From: Candidatus Micrarchaeota archaeon
GTDB lineage: Archaea > Micrarchaeota > Micrarchaeia > Burarchaeales > JAKAKT01
Reading direction: 5' to 3'
Assembly: GCA_021813385.1 (NCBI GenBank)
Contig: JAKAKT010000090.1
Location: 2,867-66,866 of the forward strand
Length of the DNA stretch: 64,000 nucleotides
Below the pieces are notes generated by a model that saw only the letters and a list, made by a program, of their open reading frames with translations, was not told the DNA's origin and did not search any database. Shown here one piece after another: positions 56,742 through 64,000 of this stretch (positions are counted from its first letter, which is position 1; the number at the start of each line of letters is the position of its first letter). A program made the translations under genes and the position numbers.

Positions 56742-57944
56742 ATGAGAAACATATTCGTCGAGCCGTCGTGCGAGTTGCCAATAGAACGCAGGATGTTCGA
56801 GATGGTCGAGAGAAAAGGGATAGGCCACCCCGACACCCTCATAGACGGGATAGTCGAGACTTTCAGCGCCAATCTTTGCAAGGAATACCTCAAGCAAGCA
56901 GGATTCATAATGCATCACAACGTCGACAAGGGGCTGATTTGCGGGGGCAAAACCAAGCCGGATTACGGCGGCGGGAATTTCCTGAAGCCCATTCGCGTCA
57001 TACTTTGCGGTAGGGCGACGAACGCCATGGGAAAGGTCGAAGTCCCGGTTGATGAAATCGGGCTTAACACGGCAAAAGGCTTCCTCAAGTCCCATTGCAG
57101 GAACCTTGACATCGAAAAACACGTTTTGTTCGAATCATACGTCTCGTCTGGCTCGGCCGACCTGGTTGATGTTTTCAAGAGGGAGAGGGCCATGCCGTTA
57201 GCGAATGACACGAGCTTTGGCGTTGGCTTCGCCCCATTCAGCGAGACCGAGAACCTTGTGCTCGCAACCGAGAGGATGCTCAATTCGCCAGAATACACGA
57301 AAAAGAACCCGTTCGTTGGGGAGGACATAAAGGTCATGGGGGTACGGGAAAAGGATTCCGTAAGCCTCACTGTTGCCTGCGCATTCGTCTCCAAGCACGT
57401 GAGCGGGCTTTCCGAATACAAGGAGTTCAAGGCGCGAATGACTGAGGACATATTGAGAGAGGCAAAGGGGCACACGAAAAGAAAAGTGGAAGTCTCAGTG
57501 AACACGGCTGACAATTACAAGGAGGACTGGGTGTACATAACAGTTACCGGGCTCTCCTGCGAGATGGGCGATGACGGGAGCGTTGGGAGAGGGAACAGGG
57601 TGAACGGGCTGATTACCCCCTGCAGGCCGATGACTATGGAAGCAGCTGCTGGAAAGAACCCGGTCAACCACGTAGGGAAGCTCTACAGCGTGCTCGCGTT
57701 CGACATCGCGAGGGACATCATCAGGAAGCACCCGTGCGTGAAGGACTGCGAGGTGAAACTGCTTTCCCAAATCGGGGTTCCGATAGACCACCCGAAAAGC
57801 GCGGAATTGAAAGTTCTGTTGAATGATGGGGAGAAGTTCGAGAACCACAAGAAAGCGCTGACCGAAACAGTTGACTCGTGGCTCGCGAACATCACCGAGC
57901 TCACGCACAGGATAATCGAGGGGAAAACGAAGGTTTACTACTAA
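56742..57944 (+). CDS. S-adenosylmethionine synthetase, archaeal type
   Basis: [15 protein letters not shown]-terminal signature of archaeal MAT. 400 aa. Confidence 0.9.
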   Translation: MRNIFVEPSCELPIERRMFEMVERKGIGHPDTLIDGIVETFSANLCKEYLKQAGFIMHHNVDKGLICGGKTKPDYGGGNFLKPIRVILCGRATNAMGKVEVPVDEIGLNTAKGFLKSHCRNLDIEKHVLFESYVSSGSADLVDVFKRERAMPLANDTSFGVGFAPFSETENLVLATERMLNSPEYTKKNPFVGEDIKVMGVREKDSVSLTVACAFVSKHVSGLSEYKEFKARMTEDILREAKGHTKRKVEVSVNTADNYKEDWVYITVTGLSCEMGDDGSVGRGNRVNGLITPCRPMTMEAAAGKNPVNHVGKLYSVLAFDIARDIIRKHPCVKDCEVKLLSQIGVPIDHPKSAELKVLLNDGEKFENHKKALTETVDSWLANITELTHRIIEGKTKVYY

Positions 57945-58046
57945 TGCTAAACTAATCGCCCTCGCGCGCAGTGCACGTCGCGATGCCTATTCGACTCCAT
58001 TAGTGCCTCTAGCCAGCAAAACCTTCTTTAACTTCGTTTGGCATAA

Positions 58047-59066
58047 TCAGGTGTAGCTCCTTCTCAGTTCACCGACTGCCCTCATCGCCCAGAGGTAGGA
58101 GAGCAATGCCGCAAGCAGGATTACTCCTGTCCCTGCCAGCATCTCGAAATCGAGGGCATTCGAGGCCGCGCGGGCCATCACCGAGATTGGGGTGTAGACC
58201 GTCAGCGGGTTGTAGGGAAGCACCATCGAGACCATGACGAGCATGCCGACAACTGAGGAGAACGCGTTCGCCTCCCTGACGGTTTTTGATTTGCAGGAAA
58301 TCACGACGCTTAGGGCAACGAGGAGGAGCGAGATTGCGAATGAGACGAGCAGAAGAAGCGGAATATTCGAAGTCGGAATCTGCCAGGAAACGAGCAGGAG
58401 CCAGGCAGCTGAGCAGATGACCGAGACGAGGACCAGGGGGACTGTCTTGTAAAACGCAATCGAGGAGTTTGATATTGGCGAGACGAGGAGCAATTCAATC
58501 GTGTTCCTCTTTCTTTCAGTGAAGATGCTCTGGGTTGAAATGGACATCGCAACGACTGCCGGCAGGATTATGCATATCGGGATGAGCATCCCGTATCCCA
58601 TCTGCACGAATTCCGCTGTCCCATCGAAATTCCGTTCGACCTGAAAATCGAAGTTATGCGCGGCGAGCGCTTCATCGAACGATACTTTTTCCGAGACGGA
58701 CTTTATCTTGGCTATGGCGAAGCCGGACATTATGTTCGATGGGTCCGTCTTCACGGTCTTTGCTTCGGTGTCTATGGCTGCTGCTGCACTGTTCGGTGAA
58801 AATGTGGAAGGGACCGGGGGCGGGGCGCCATCGGTTGTGTTGACCACCAGCACCCGGACCCCGGAGGTCTCGAGACTTTTTATCAGGTCGGTTTGGTTAG
58901 AGTTTATGGTCACTGTGATTGGCACCTGTGTTTTTGAAATCTGCGAGTAGCTCACGTAGATGAACAGGAGCATCGAGATTAGGATGAACTGCACAACTAT
59001 CGAGAACAGGAACGCGCGGTCCATCGTTATTTCGCCGAACTCTTTTCGGGCAAGCGTTTTTCTCAA
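58047..59066 (-). CDS. ABC-2 type transporter permease
   Basis: N-terminal TM, large extracytoplasmic loop, then 5 TM helices. 4-nt overlap with the upstream permease. Operon with the ABC ATPase. Confidence 0.6.
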   Translation of the reverse strand: MRKTLARKEFGEITMDRAFLFSIVVQFILISMLLFIYVSYSQISKTQVPITVTINSNQTDLIKSLETSGVRVLVVNTTDGAPPPVPSTFSPNSAAAAIDTEAKTVKTDPSNIMSGFAIAKIKSVSEKVSFDEALAAHNFDFQVERNFDGTAEFVQMGYGMLIPICIILPAVVAMSISTQSIFTERKRNTIELLLVSPISNSSIAFYKTVPLVLVSVICSAAWLLLVSWQIPTSNIPLLLLVSFAISLLLVALSVVISCKSKTVREANAFSSVVGMLVMVSMVLPYNPLTVYTPISVMARAASNALDFEMLAGTGVILLAALLSYLWAMRAVGELRRSYT

Positions 59067-60712
59067 ATAATCCCCTGCCTAAGCCATAGCTGCACAATCT
59101 GGGTAATCCACGGCAGCATGTAGTTGTATGCCGAATGAATCGCGGTGGCGACTGCGATGCCGCAGAGCCACCAAAGCCCCCCCATGCTCAATTTGATTGG
59201 GCCGAGCCGGCCCTTAACCGAGCTGTCGGCCCTGCTTATTCCGTAAGCGAATATTACCGCGCCCGCTCCGCTGCTCACGACGTGCGCGATTATTGCCATT
59301 ATCCTCGCGACCAGTATGAGCCGGGCTGAATGGGAAACCCAGGCTGTCGGGACAAACAGCAGGCTCTCCCCGAACCCATATGAGAAGCCGACGACAATTC
59401 CCAGAAGAATCCCGTTCCTCAATCCGCTCGGCCTCAACACATAAACTCCTATTCCCTTGAGGAATTCCTCGACCAGGGCGAGCAGCACGACGAGCAGGAA
59501 GGGGAGGAGCGAATGGAACCCATAGGTGAAGATTAGGAGGGCCGATGCTATGAACTGAATCGGGGTGGTAAGGGAAAAAGCGACGAAGCCCATGCCGATT
59601 GCCGCCCTGTACCCCCCACCTAAAATGTCAATCATCCCCTCGTAAAGCTGCTTAATCCCAGGCTTGATTGAGAATGCGAACGCTTCGGTCGAAAATGCCG
59701 AGAGCGCCAGGACGAGCGCTGAAATCGCTATGATGAGCAGAACGGCGACAGGATAAACCGGGAACGCGGCGGCCTCTGTCACCTGCCTCGCGACGTAAGT
59801 CGCAGGCGAGATGTCCGCGAGAAACTGGGTTTGGGGGATTATCGTAAGCATTGTGATTAGGAAAAGCGCTGTGAAGATGACTGTCGAGGAGATTGATGAC
59901 GCAAGCGTGGCTTCCTGGACATTGCGTGAGATTGAGGATACGAGCGCATTCATTGCCACCATCAGGAAAGAGACTGCGAGGAGTACAATGAAAACCCCGA
60001 ATGGGTCAATGAAATGGAAGCCGGCGAAATAAACTATGGCAATCCAAATCGCTCCGACTACTCCTACGAACAGCATGTTCGCGAGCACTTTCGAGAGCAG
60101 GATTCTCCTCCGGTCTATCGGGGTCGAGAAAAGAACCTCGAGCACCCTGTTCTCCCTGTCGTATGCTATGCTCTGTATTATCGGAAGGCCCCAGAGGAAG
60201 ACTGGCGAGAACAAAAGAATCGGCGTCAGGAGGCCGCGCACAAGGTCCTGGAGCCCGGTGTCCTCGTTAAAATTATACTTGCTTCCTCCATCCGGCCTCA
60301 CCACCTTGTCAACGGCCTCCTTTACCGCAAGCTCTGCAAGGACGGAGATGGGCCGATTGCTCCCTATGAATGTCCCGGATGTCTCATTCACTATGTAGAT
60401 TGCATGGACTTGGCCTTCGGAGAGCATATTCTGGGCGGTGCGGAGGTCCGTCTTTATAACGCTGGCAGAGGTGATTTTCTCAAGCTCAGCGACCGACGGG
60501 TGGTATCCTCCCTCTACAACTGCGATTTTCACGAGCTTGTTCGAGATTGGAAGCGATGAGAAGAGGTTGCCCTTGGAGAACGACCCCACAGTATCGAGCA
60601 GCACCCCGGTTATGAACAAGGTTGCGAGGAAGCTGAAGAATATCGTGCCAAGGAACCGCCAATCGGTAAATGATGACTTAAGTTCCTTTTCCGCAAGGCC
60701 CATCAAAAGCAC
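59063..60712 (-). CDS. fusion membrane protein: ABC-2 permease-like N-terminal half plus CPBP (CAAX protease/Abi) like C-terminal half
   Basis: C-terminal region has VEEFLKG (EExxx[R/K]) and, later, HSAYN (HxxxN). Spacing matches CPBP motifs 1 and 3. N-terminal half resembles ABC-2 permease topology. Confidence 0.45.
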   Translation of the reverse strand: MLLMGLAEKELKSSFTDWRFLGTIFFSFLATLFITGVLLDTVGSFSKGNLFSSLPISNKLVKIAVVEGGYHPSVAELEKITSASVIKTDLRTAQNMLSEGQVHAIYIVNETSGTFIGSNRPISVLAELAVKEAVDKVVRPDGGSKYNFNEDTGLQDLVRGLLTPILLFSPVFLWGLPIIQSIAYDRENRVLEVLFSTPIDRRRILLSKVLANMLFVGVVGAIWIAIVYFAGFHFIDPFGVFIVLLAVSFLMVAMNALVSSISRNVQEATLASSISSTVIFTALFLITMLTIIPQTQFLADISPATYVARQVTEAAAFPVYPVAVLLIIAISALVLALSAFSTEAFAFSIKPGIKQLYEGMIDILGGGYRAAIGMGFVAFSLTTPIQFIASALLIFTYGFHSLLPFLLVVLLALVEEFLKGIGVYVLRPSGLRNGILLGIVVGFSYGFGESLLFVPTAWVSHSARLILVARIMAIIAHVVSSGAGAVIFAYGISRADSSVKGRLGPIKLSMGGLWWLCGIAVATAIHSAYNYMLPWITQIVQLWLRQGII

Positions 60713-60753
60713 ACTCTCTTTAAACTCGACCCTGAATCCGACCAGGCCATACC

Positions 60754-61644
60754 TCAGGGTTCGACTTTCCTGGTCACCTTCACGAAAACATCCTCGAGAG
60801 TCGGGGTTATTGTGTCAATTGAGAGTATTTTCGCCTTTGCCTTCTTTGCCTGCTCGAGGATTCTTTCGGTCCCCTCCTGGATGGTTTTAACCGGGACAAT
60901 CACGTTCCTCCCCTTTCTCTTCGCCTTGAGAGACGAAACGAGAGACTCGCTCTCGGTATCGAAGACAACTTTCAGGAAAAACGTTTTACTCATGGCTGCC
61001 TTGAGGTCTTCTGGCTTGCCTTTTGCCGCAACGGCCCCTGAGTCGAGGATTGCCAGTTCGTCGCAAAGGAAGTCCGCTTCCTCCATGTAATGGGTGCACA
61101 TTATGATTGTCCTTCCGGCGTCCCTCATCTGGAGCACCTTCTCGCGCAGGTCCCTTGCGGACGCCGGGTCGAGACCCATCGTCGGCTCGTCGAGGATGAG
61201 CAGTTTGGGGTCATTCACGAGGGCGCGGGCGACGGATAGCCTCTGCCTGAGGCCCTTTGAGTATTCGCCGATTTTCCTCCCCGCGTGCTTCTCGAGGCCC
61301 ATGAACCTTACGAGCTCGCGTATGTCATAATTTGTATCGTAAAGCTGGGCGAAAAGCTCGAGGTATTCGTTTCCTGACATGTAGTCATAGACGCGGGGCT
61401 CCTCGGGCAAGTAGCCTATTATTTTCCGTATTTCTTGCGGCTTCTCGTTGATGTCCATCCCGAGAATCGAGGCCTTCCCCGAAGTCGGCTTTAAGATTGT
61501 CGCGAGCATCTTGACTATCGTGCTCTTGCCGGCCCCGTTGGGGCCGACAATCCCGAATATCTCGTGGTCCTTGACGGTGAAGCTCACGCCTCCGACAGCC
61601 TCGAAGTCGCCGAATTTCTTCGTCAGGTTCTCTACTGTTATCAC
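60754..61644 (-). CDS. ABC transporter ATP-binding protein
   Basis: GIVGPNGAGKST Walker A; LSGGxxQR-like GLRQRLSVARAL; LLILDEPTMGLD Walker B. Confidence 0.9.
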   Translation of the reverse strand: MITVENLTKKFGDFEAVGGVSFTVKDHEIFGIVGPNGAGKSTIVKMLATILKPTSGKASILGMDINEKPQEIRKIIGYLPEEPRVYDYMSGNEYLELFAQLYDTNYDIRELVRFMGLEKHAGRKIGEYSKGLRQRLSVARALVNDPKLLILDEPTMGLDPASARDLREKVLQMRDAGRTIIMCTHYMEEADFLCDELAILDSGAVAAKGKPEDLKAAMSKTFFLKVVFDTESESLVSSLKAKRKGRNVIVPVKTIQEGTERILEQAKKAKAKILSIDTITPTLEDVFVKVTRKVEP

Positions 61645-61734
61645 GGTGAAGAATTAACAAAGAAACAATATAAAGTGATAAGTGTTCAACGTTAATCGCT
61701 GGCTGAAACAAAATGACACGGGACGGGGGAGCTG

Positions 61735-62811
61735 ATGGGTAAGGACACAAGAATCGCGACTGTTTTCGGGACAAGGCCCGAAATCATAAAGATGTCGCTA
61801 CTGGTGCCGATGCTCGACAAATCATTCGAGCACTCCTTTGTCTATACCTCGCAGCACTATTCCGCCAATATGGCCGAAATCTTTTTCGATGAGCTTGGCG
61901 TTAGGAAACCTGACCACATGCTCGGGGCCAATTCCTCGGATTATGCAACGTTGCAACTGGCAATAGAAAAATCTTTCGAAAAAATCAAGCCAACGCACGT
62001 CGTAGTTTATGGGGACACGAACTCGACCCTCTCGGGCGCACTTGCTGCAAAAAAATCCGGGGCGAAAATAATTCACGTGGAAGCGGGGCTCAGGAGCTTT
62101 GATTCGAGAATGCCTGAGGAAAGGAACCGGATTGAAACGGACCGCATCTCCTCGCTGCTCCTTACACCAACGAACCTCACAAAGTCTTTCATCGAACAGG
62201 AAGGGCTCGGCGGGAAGATTTCCGTCGTTGGAAATACCGTCGTCGATGCTTGCCTCCGCTATATCAAGAGGGCGGATGAGCAGGAAGTTTTGGGAAAATT
62301 CGGGGTTGAAAAGGACGGATATGTCCTTGTGACTGCACATAGGCAAGAAAACGTTGATTCTCCGGAGAACATCGTCCGTATATTGAAAACTTTCGAGAAA
62401 ATTGACAAGGCGATACTTTTTCCCATACATCCTAGAACCAAAAAGCATCTCAGCGAGCGAAACTACCAAATCCCGAAAAACGTAAGGGTTCTCGAAGCGG
62501 TTGGCTATCTCGATTTCCTTCCTCTCCTGAAGAACGCGAGCCTGGTCCTGACTGACTCCGGGGGGGTCCAGGAGGAGGCGATAACGCTGAAAGTCCCCTG
62601 CCTCACCCTCCGCTATTCGACGGAGCGATGGGAGACCATAATCGGGGGCGGGAATTTCCTCGTCGGCCTGGAACCTGAGCTCGTTTCTTACTATGTGAGG
62701 ATGATTTTTGGCTCGGGCTTGGGCGAGCGGATGAGGGGGGCGAAGAATCCGTATGGGAATGGCAAAGCGTCAGAAAAATGCTTCGGCGAGATGGTAAGGT
62801 TCGTTGAGTGA
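61735..62811 (+). CDS. wecB: UDP-N-acetylglucosamine 2-epimerase (non-hydrolysing)
   Basis: VFGTRPEIIKM N-terminal signature. 358 aa. Confidence 0.85.
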   Translation: MGKDTRIATVFGTRPEIIKMSLLVPMLDKSFEHSFVYTSQHYSANMAEIFFDELGVRKPDHMLGANSSDYATLQLAIEKSFEKIKPTHVVVYGDTNSTLSGALAAKKSGAKIIHVEAGLRSFDSRMPEERNRIETDRISSLLLTPTNLTKSFIEQEGLGGKISVVGNTVVDACLRYIKRADEQEVLGKFGVEKDGYVLVTAHRQENVDSPENIVRILKTFEKIDKAILFPIHPRTKKHLSERNYQIPKNVRVLEAVGYLDFLPLLKNASLVLTDSGGVQEEAITLKVPCLTLRYSTERWETIIGGGNFLVGLEPELVSYYVRMIFGSGLGERMRGAKNPYGNGKASEKCFGEMVRFVE

Positions 62812-62880
62812 GCATTGGCACAATATCCCCGTATTACAATACAATAAAAAGGTTTTGAGGCAAAAGGATTCAGCCAAAAC

Positions 62881-63690
62881 GTGGTGCCAATGGTTCTCAA
62901 TCGACACTCGCGCGAGATACGCAAGCAAGTTGTCCACGCGGTGTCTAGGTCGAATTCCTCCCATATAGGCTCGGCTCTTTCTACAGTAGATGTTCTCGTA
63001 GCCCTTTACTTTTCAGCTATGCGGATTTATCCTAAGGACCACAAGCACCCTGAGAGGGACAGGTTCCTGTTGAGCAAGGGCCATGGTTGCGCAGCCCTTT
63101 ATGCCACGCTTTCCAGGGCCGGGTTTTTCGAAGAGGAGGAGCTTGAAAAATTCCATGTTGACGGGGGGAAACTGCCTGGGCATTCAACCCTTCATTGCGC
63201 CCCGGGCATCGAAGCATCGACTGGCTCGCTCGGCCACGGGCTCCCGATTGGGGTGGGCATGGCGCTTGCAGCGAGGATTGACAAGAGAAAATACAGGACG
63301 TTTGTGCTTATGGGGGATGGCGAATGCGACGAGGGATCCGTCTGGGAGGCGGCTCTATTCGCAGGCAACGCCAAGCTCGATAACCTTATCGCAATAATTG
63401 ACTACAACAAGATTCAAAGCTTTGGGTATACGAAAGAGGTCCTTGACCTGGAGCCATTGAAAGCAAAATGGGAGTCCTTCGGCTGGTCCGCTATTGAGCT
63501 CGATGGGCACGACCTGGCAGCATTGACAAAAACCCTTGGTTCGATTCCTTTCGAAAAAGGGAAGCCGAGCCTTGTCATCGCCCATACGGTTAAGGGCAAG
63601 GGAGTCTCGTTCATGGAGAACCGGCTCGAATGGCATTATAAGTCTCCTAATGAAGAGCAGAAGAAAAGGGCATTAGAGGAGTTGGAATGA
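62881..63690 (+). CDS. tkt: transketolase, N-terminal subunit (split archaeal form)
   Basis: GHGLPIGVGMALA ... LMGDGECDEGSVWEA ... TPP-binding GDG motif. Confidence 0.85.
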   Translation: MVPMVLNRHSREIRKQVVHAVSRSNSSHIGSALSTVDVLVALYFSAMRIYPKDHKHPERDRFLLSKGHGCAALYATLSRAGFFEEEELEKFHVDGGKLPGHSTLHCAPGIEASTGSLGHGLPIGVGMALAARIDKRKYRTFVLMGDGECDEGSVWEAALFAGNAKLDNLIAIIDYNKIQSFGYTKEVLDLEPLKAKWESFGWSAIELDGHDLAALTKTLGSIPFEKGKPSLVIAHTVKGKGVSFMENRLEWHYKSPNEEQKKRALEELE

Positions 63691-64000
63691 GAAACGCATT
63701 CATACGGAACCTGACAGAGCTCGCCCGCAAGGATGCGCGAATCGTCCTTGTGACCGCAGACATGGGATTTTCCGTATTCGAGAAGTTCATGGAGGAATTC
63801 CCGGATAGGGCATTCAACACCGGCATAGCTGAGCAGAACTCGGTCGGGATAGCCTCCGGGCTCGCTCTTTGCAAAAAGATTCCCTTTGTTTATTCCATAG
63901 CCCCATTCGTAACAATGAGGCCTTTCGAGCAGGTCAGGATAGATGTTTGCTACCAGAATCTCCCTGTAAAGCTGGTCGGCGCTGGAGGAGGGCTGACATA
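63689..64000 (+). CDS. tkt: transketolase, C-terminal subunit (partial, runs off window)
   Basis: RNAFIRNLTELARKDARIVLVTADMGFSVFEKF...FNTGIAEQNSVGIASGLAL matches the transketolase pyrimidine-binding domain start. Start overlaps the stop of the N-terminal subunit gene. Confidence 0.75.

Overview
This 64-kb window is an archaeal chromosomal segment, about 50-55% GC overall. The gene content is archaeal: AglB/STT3 oligosaccharyltransferase, archaeal-type SAM synthetase, split transketolase, split class I fumarase, archaeal-type UMP kinase, a FlaI/TadA-FlaJ/TadC-like type IV pilus core, and anaerobic RNR NrdDG. C1 metabolism is folate-based (glyA-folD-folC-MTHFS-purN).

Most of the window is housekeeping: argGH, a large N-glycosylation/surface-glycan cluster, a P-type ATPase, a glycogen debranching enzyme, an ABC transporter, wecB and tkt.

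The left ~7.7 kb differs. From about 1.5 to 6.3 kb it is an AT-rich accessory island. It is bounded on the right by a tyrosine integrase whose 3' end overlaps an interrupted, intron-containing tRNA on the opposite strand. The island carries a compact three-gene operon: an HxlR-type wHTH regulator, a membrane-anchored TIR-domain protein with the catalytic-Glu motif, and a protein with a DUF4145/Apea-like HEPN Rx4H motif. This operon is my best candidate for an undescribed defense module. Left of the island sit a eukaryotic-type DNase I homolog with a lamin-tail-domain lipoprotein. Inside it are a Cys-rich lipoprotein and a Zn-ribbon membrane protein.

Other points of note: a type IV pilus ATPase with an N-terminal tandem 4Fe-4S ferredoxin domain, a RelE/ParE TA pair, a recurring promoter-proximal motif, a probably frameshifted GT-C glycosyltransferase, and an ABC-2/CPBP fusion permease. 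I found no rRNA or CRISPR array. All calls rest on motif recognition by eye; no database search was possible.
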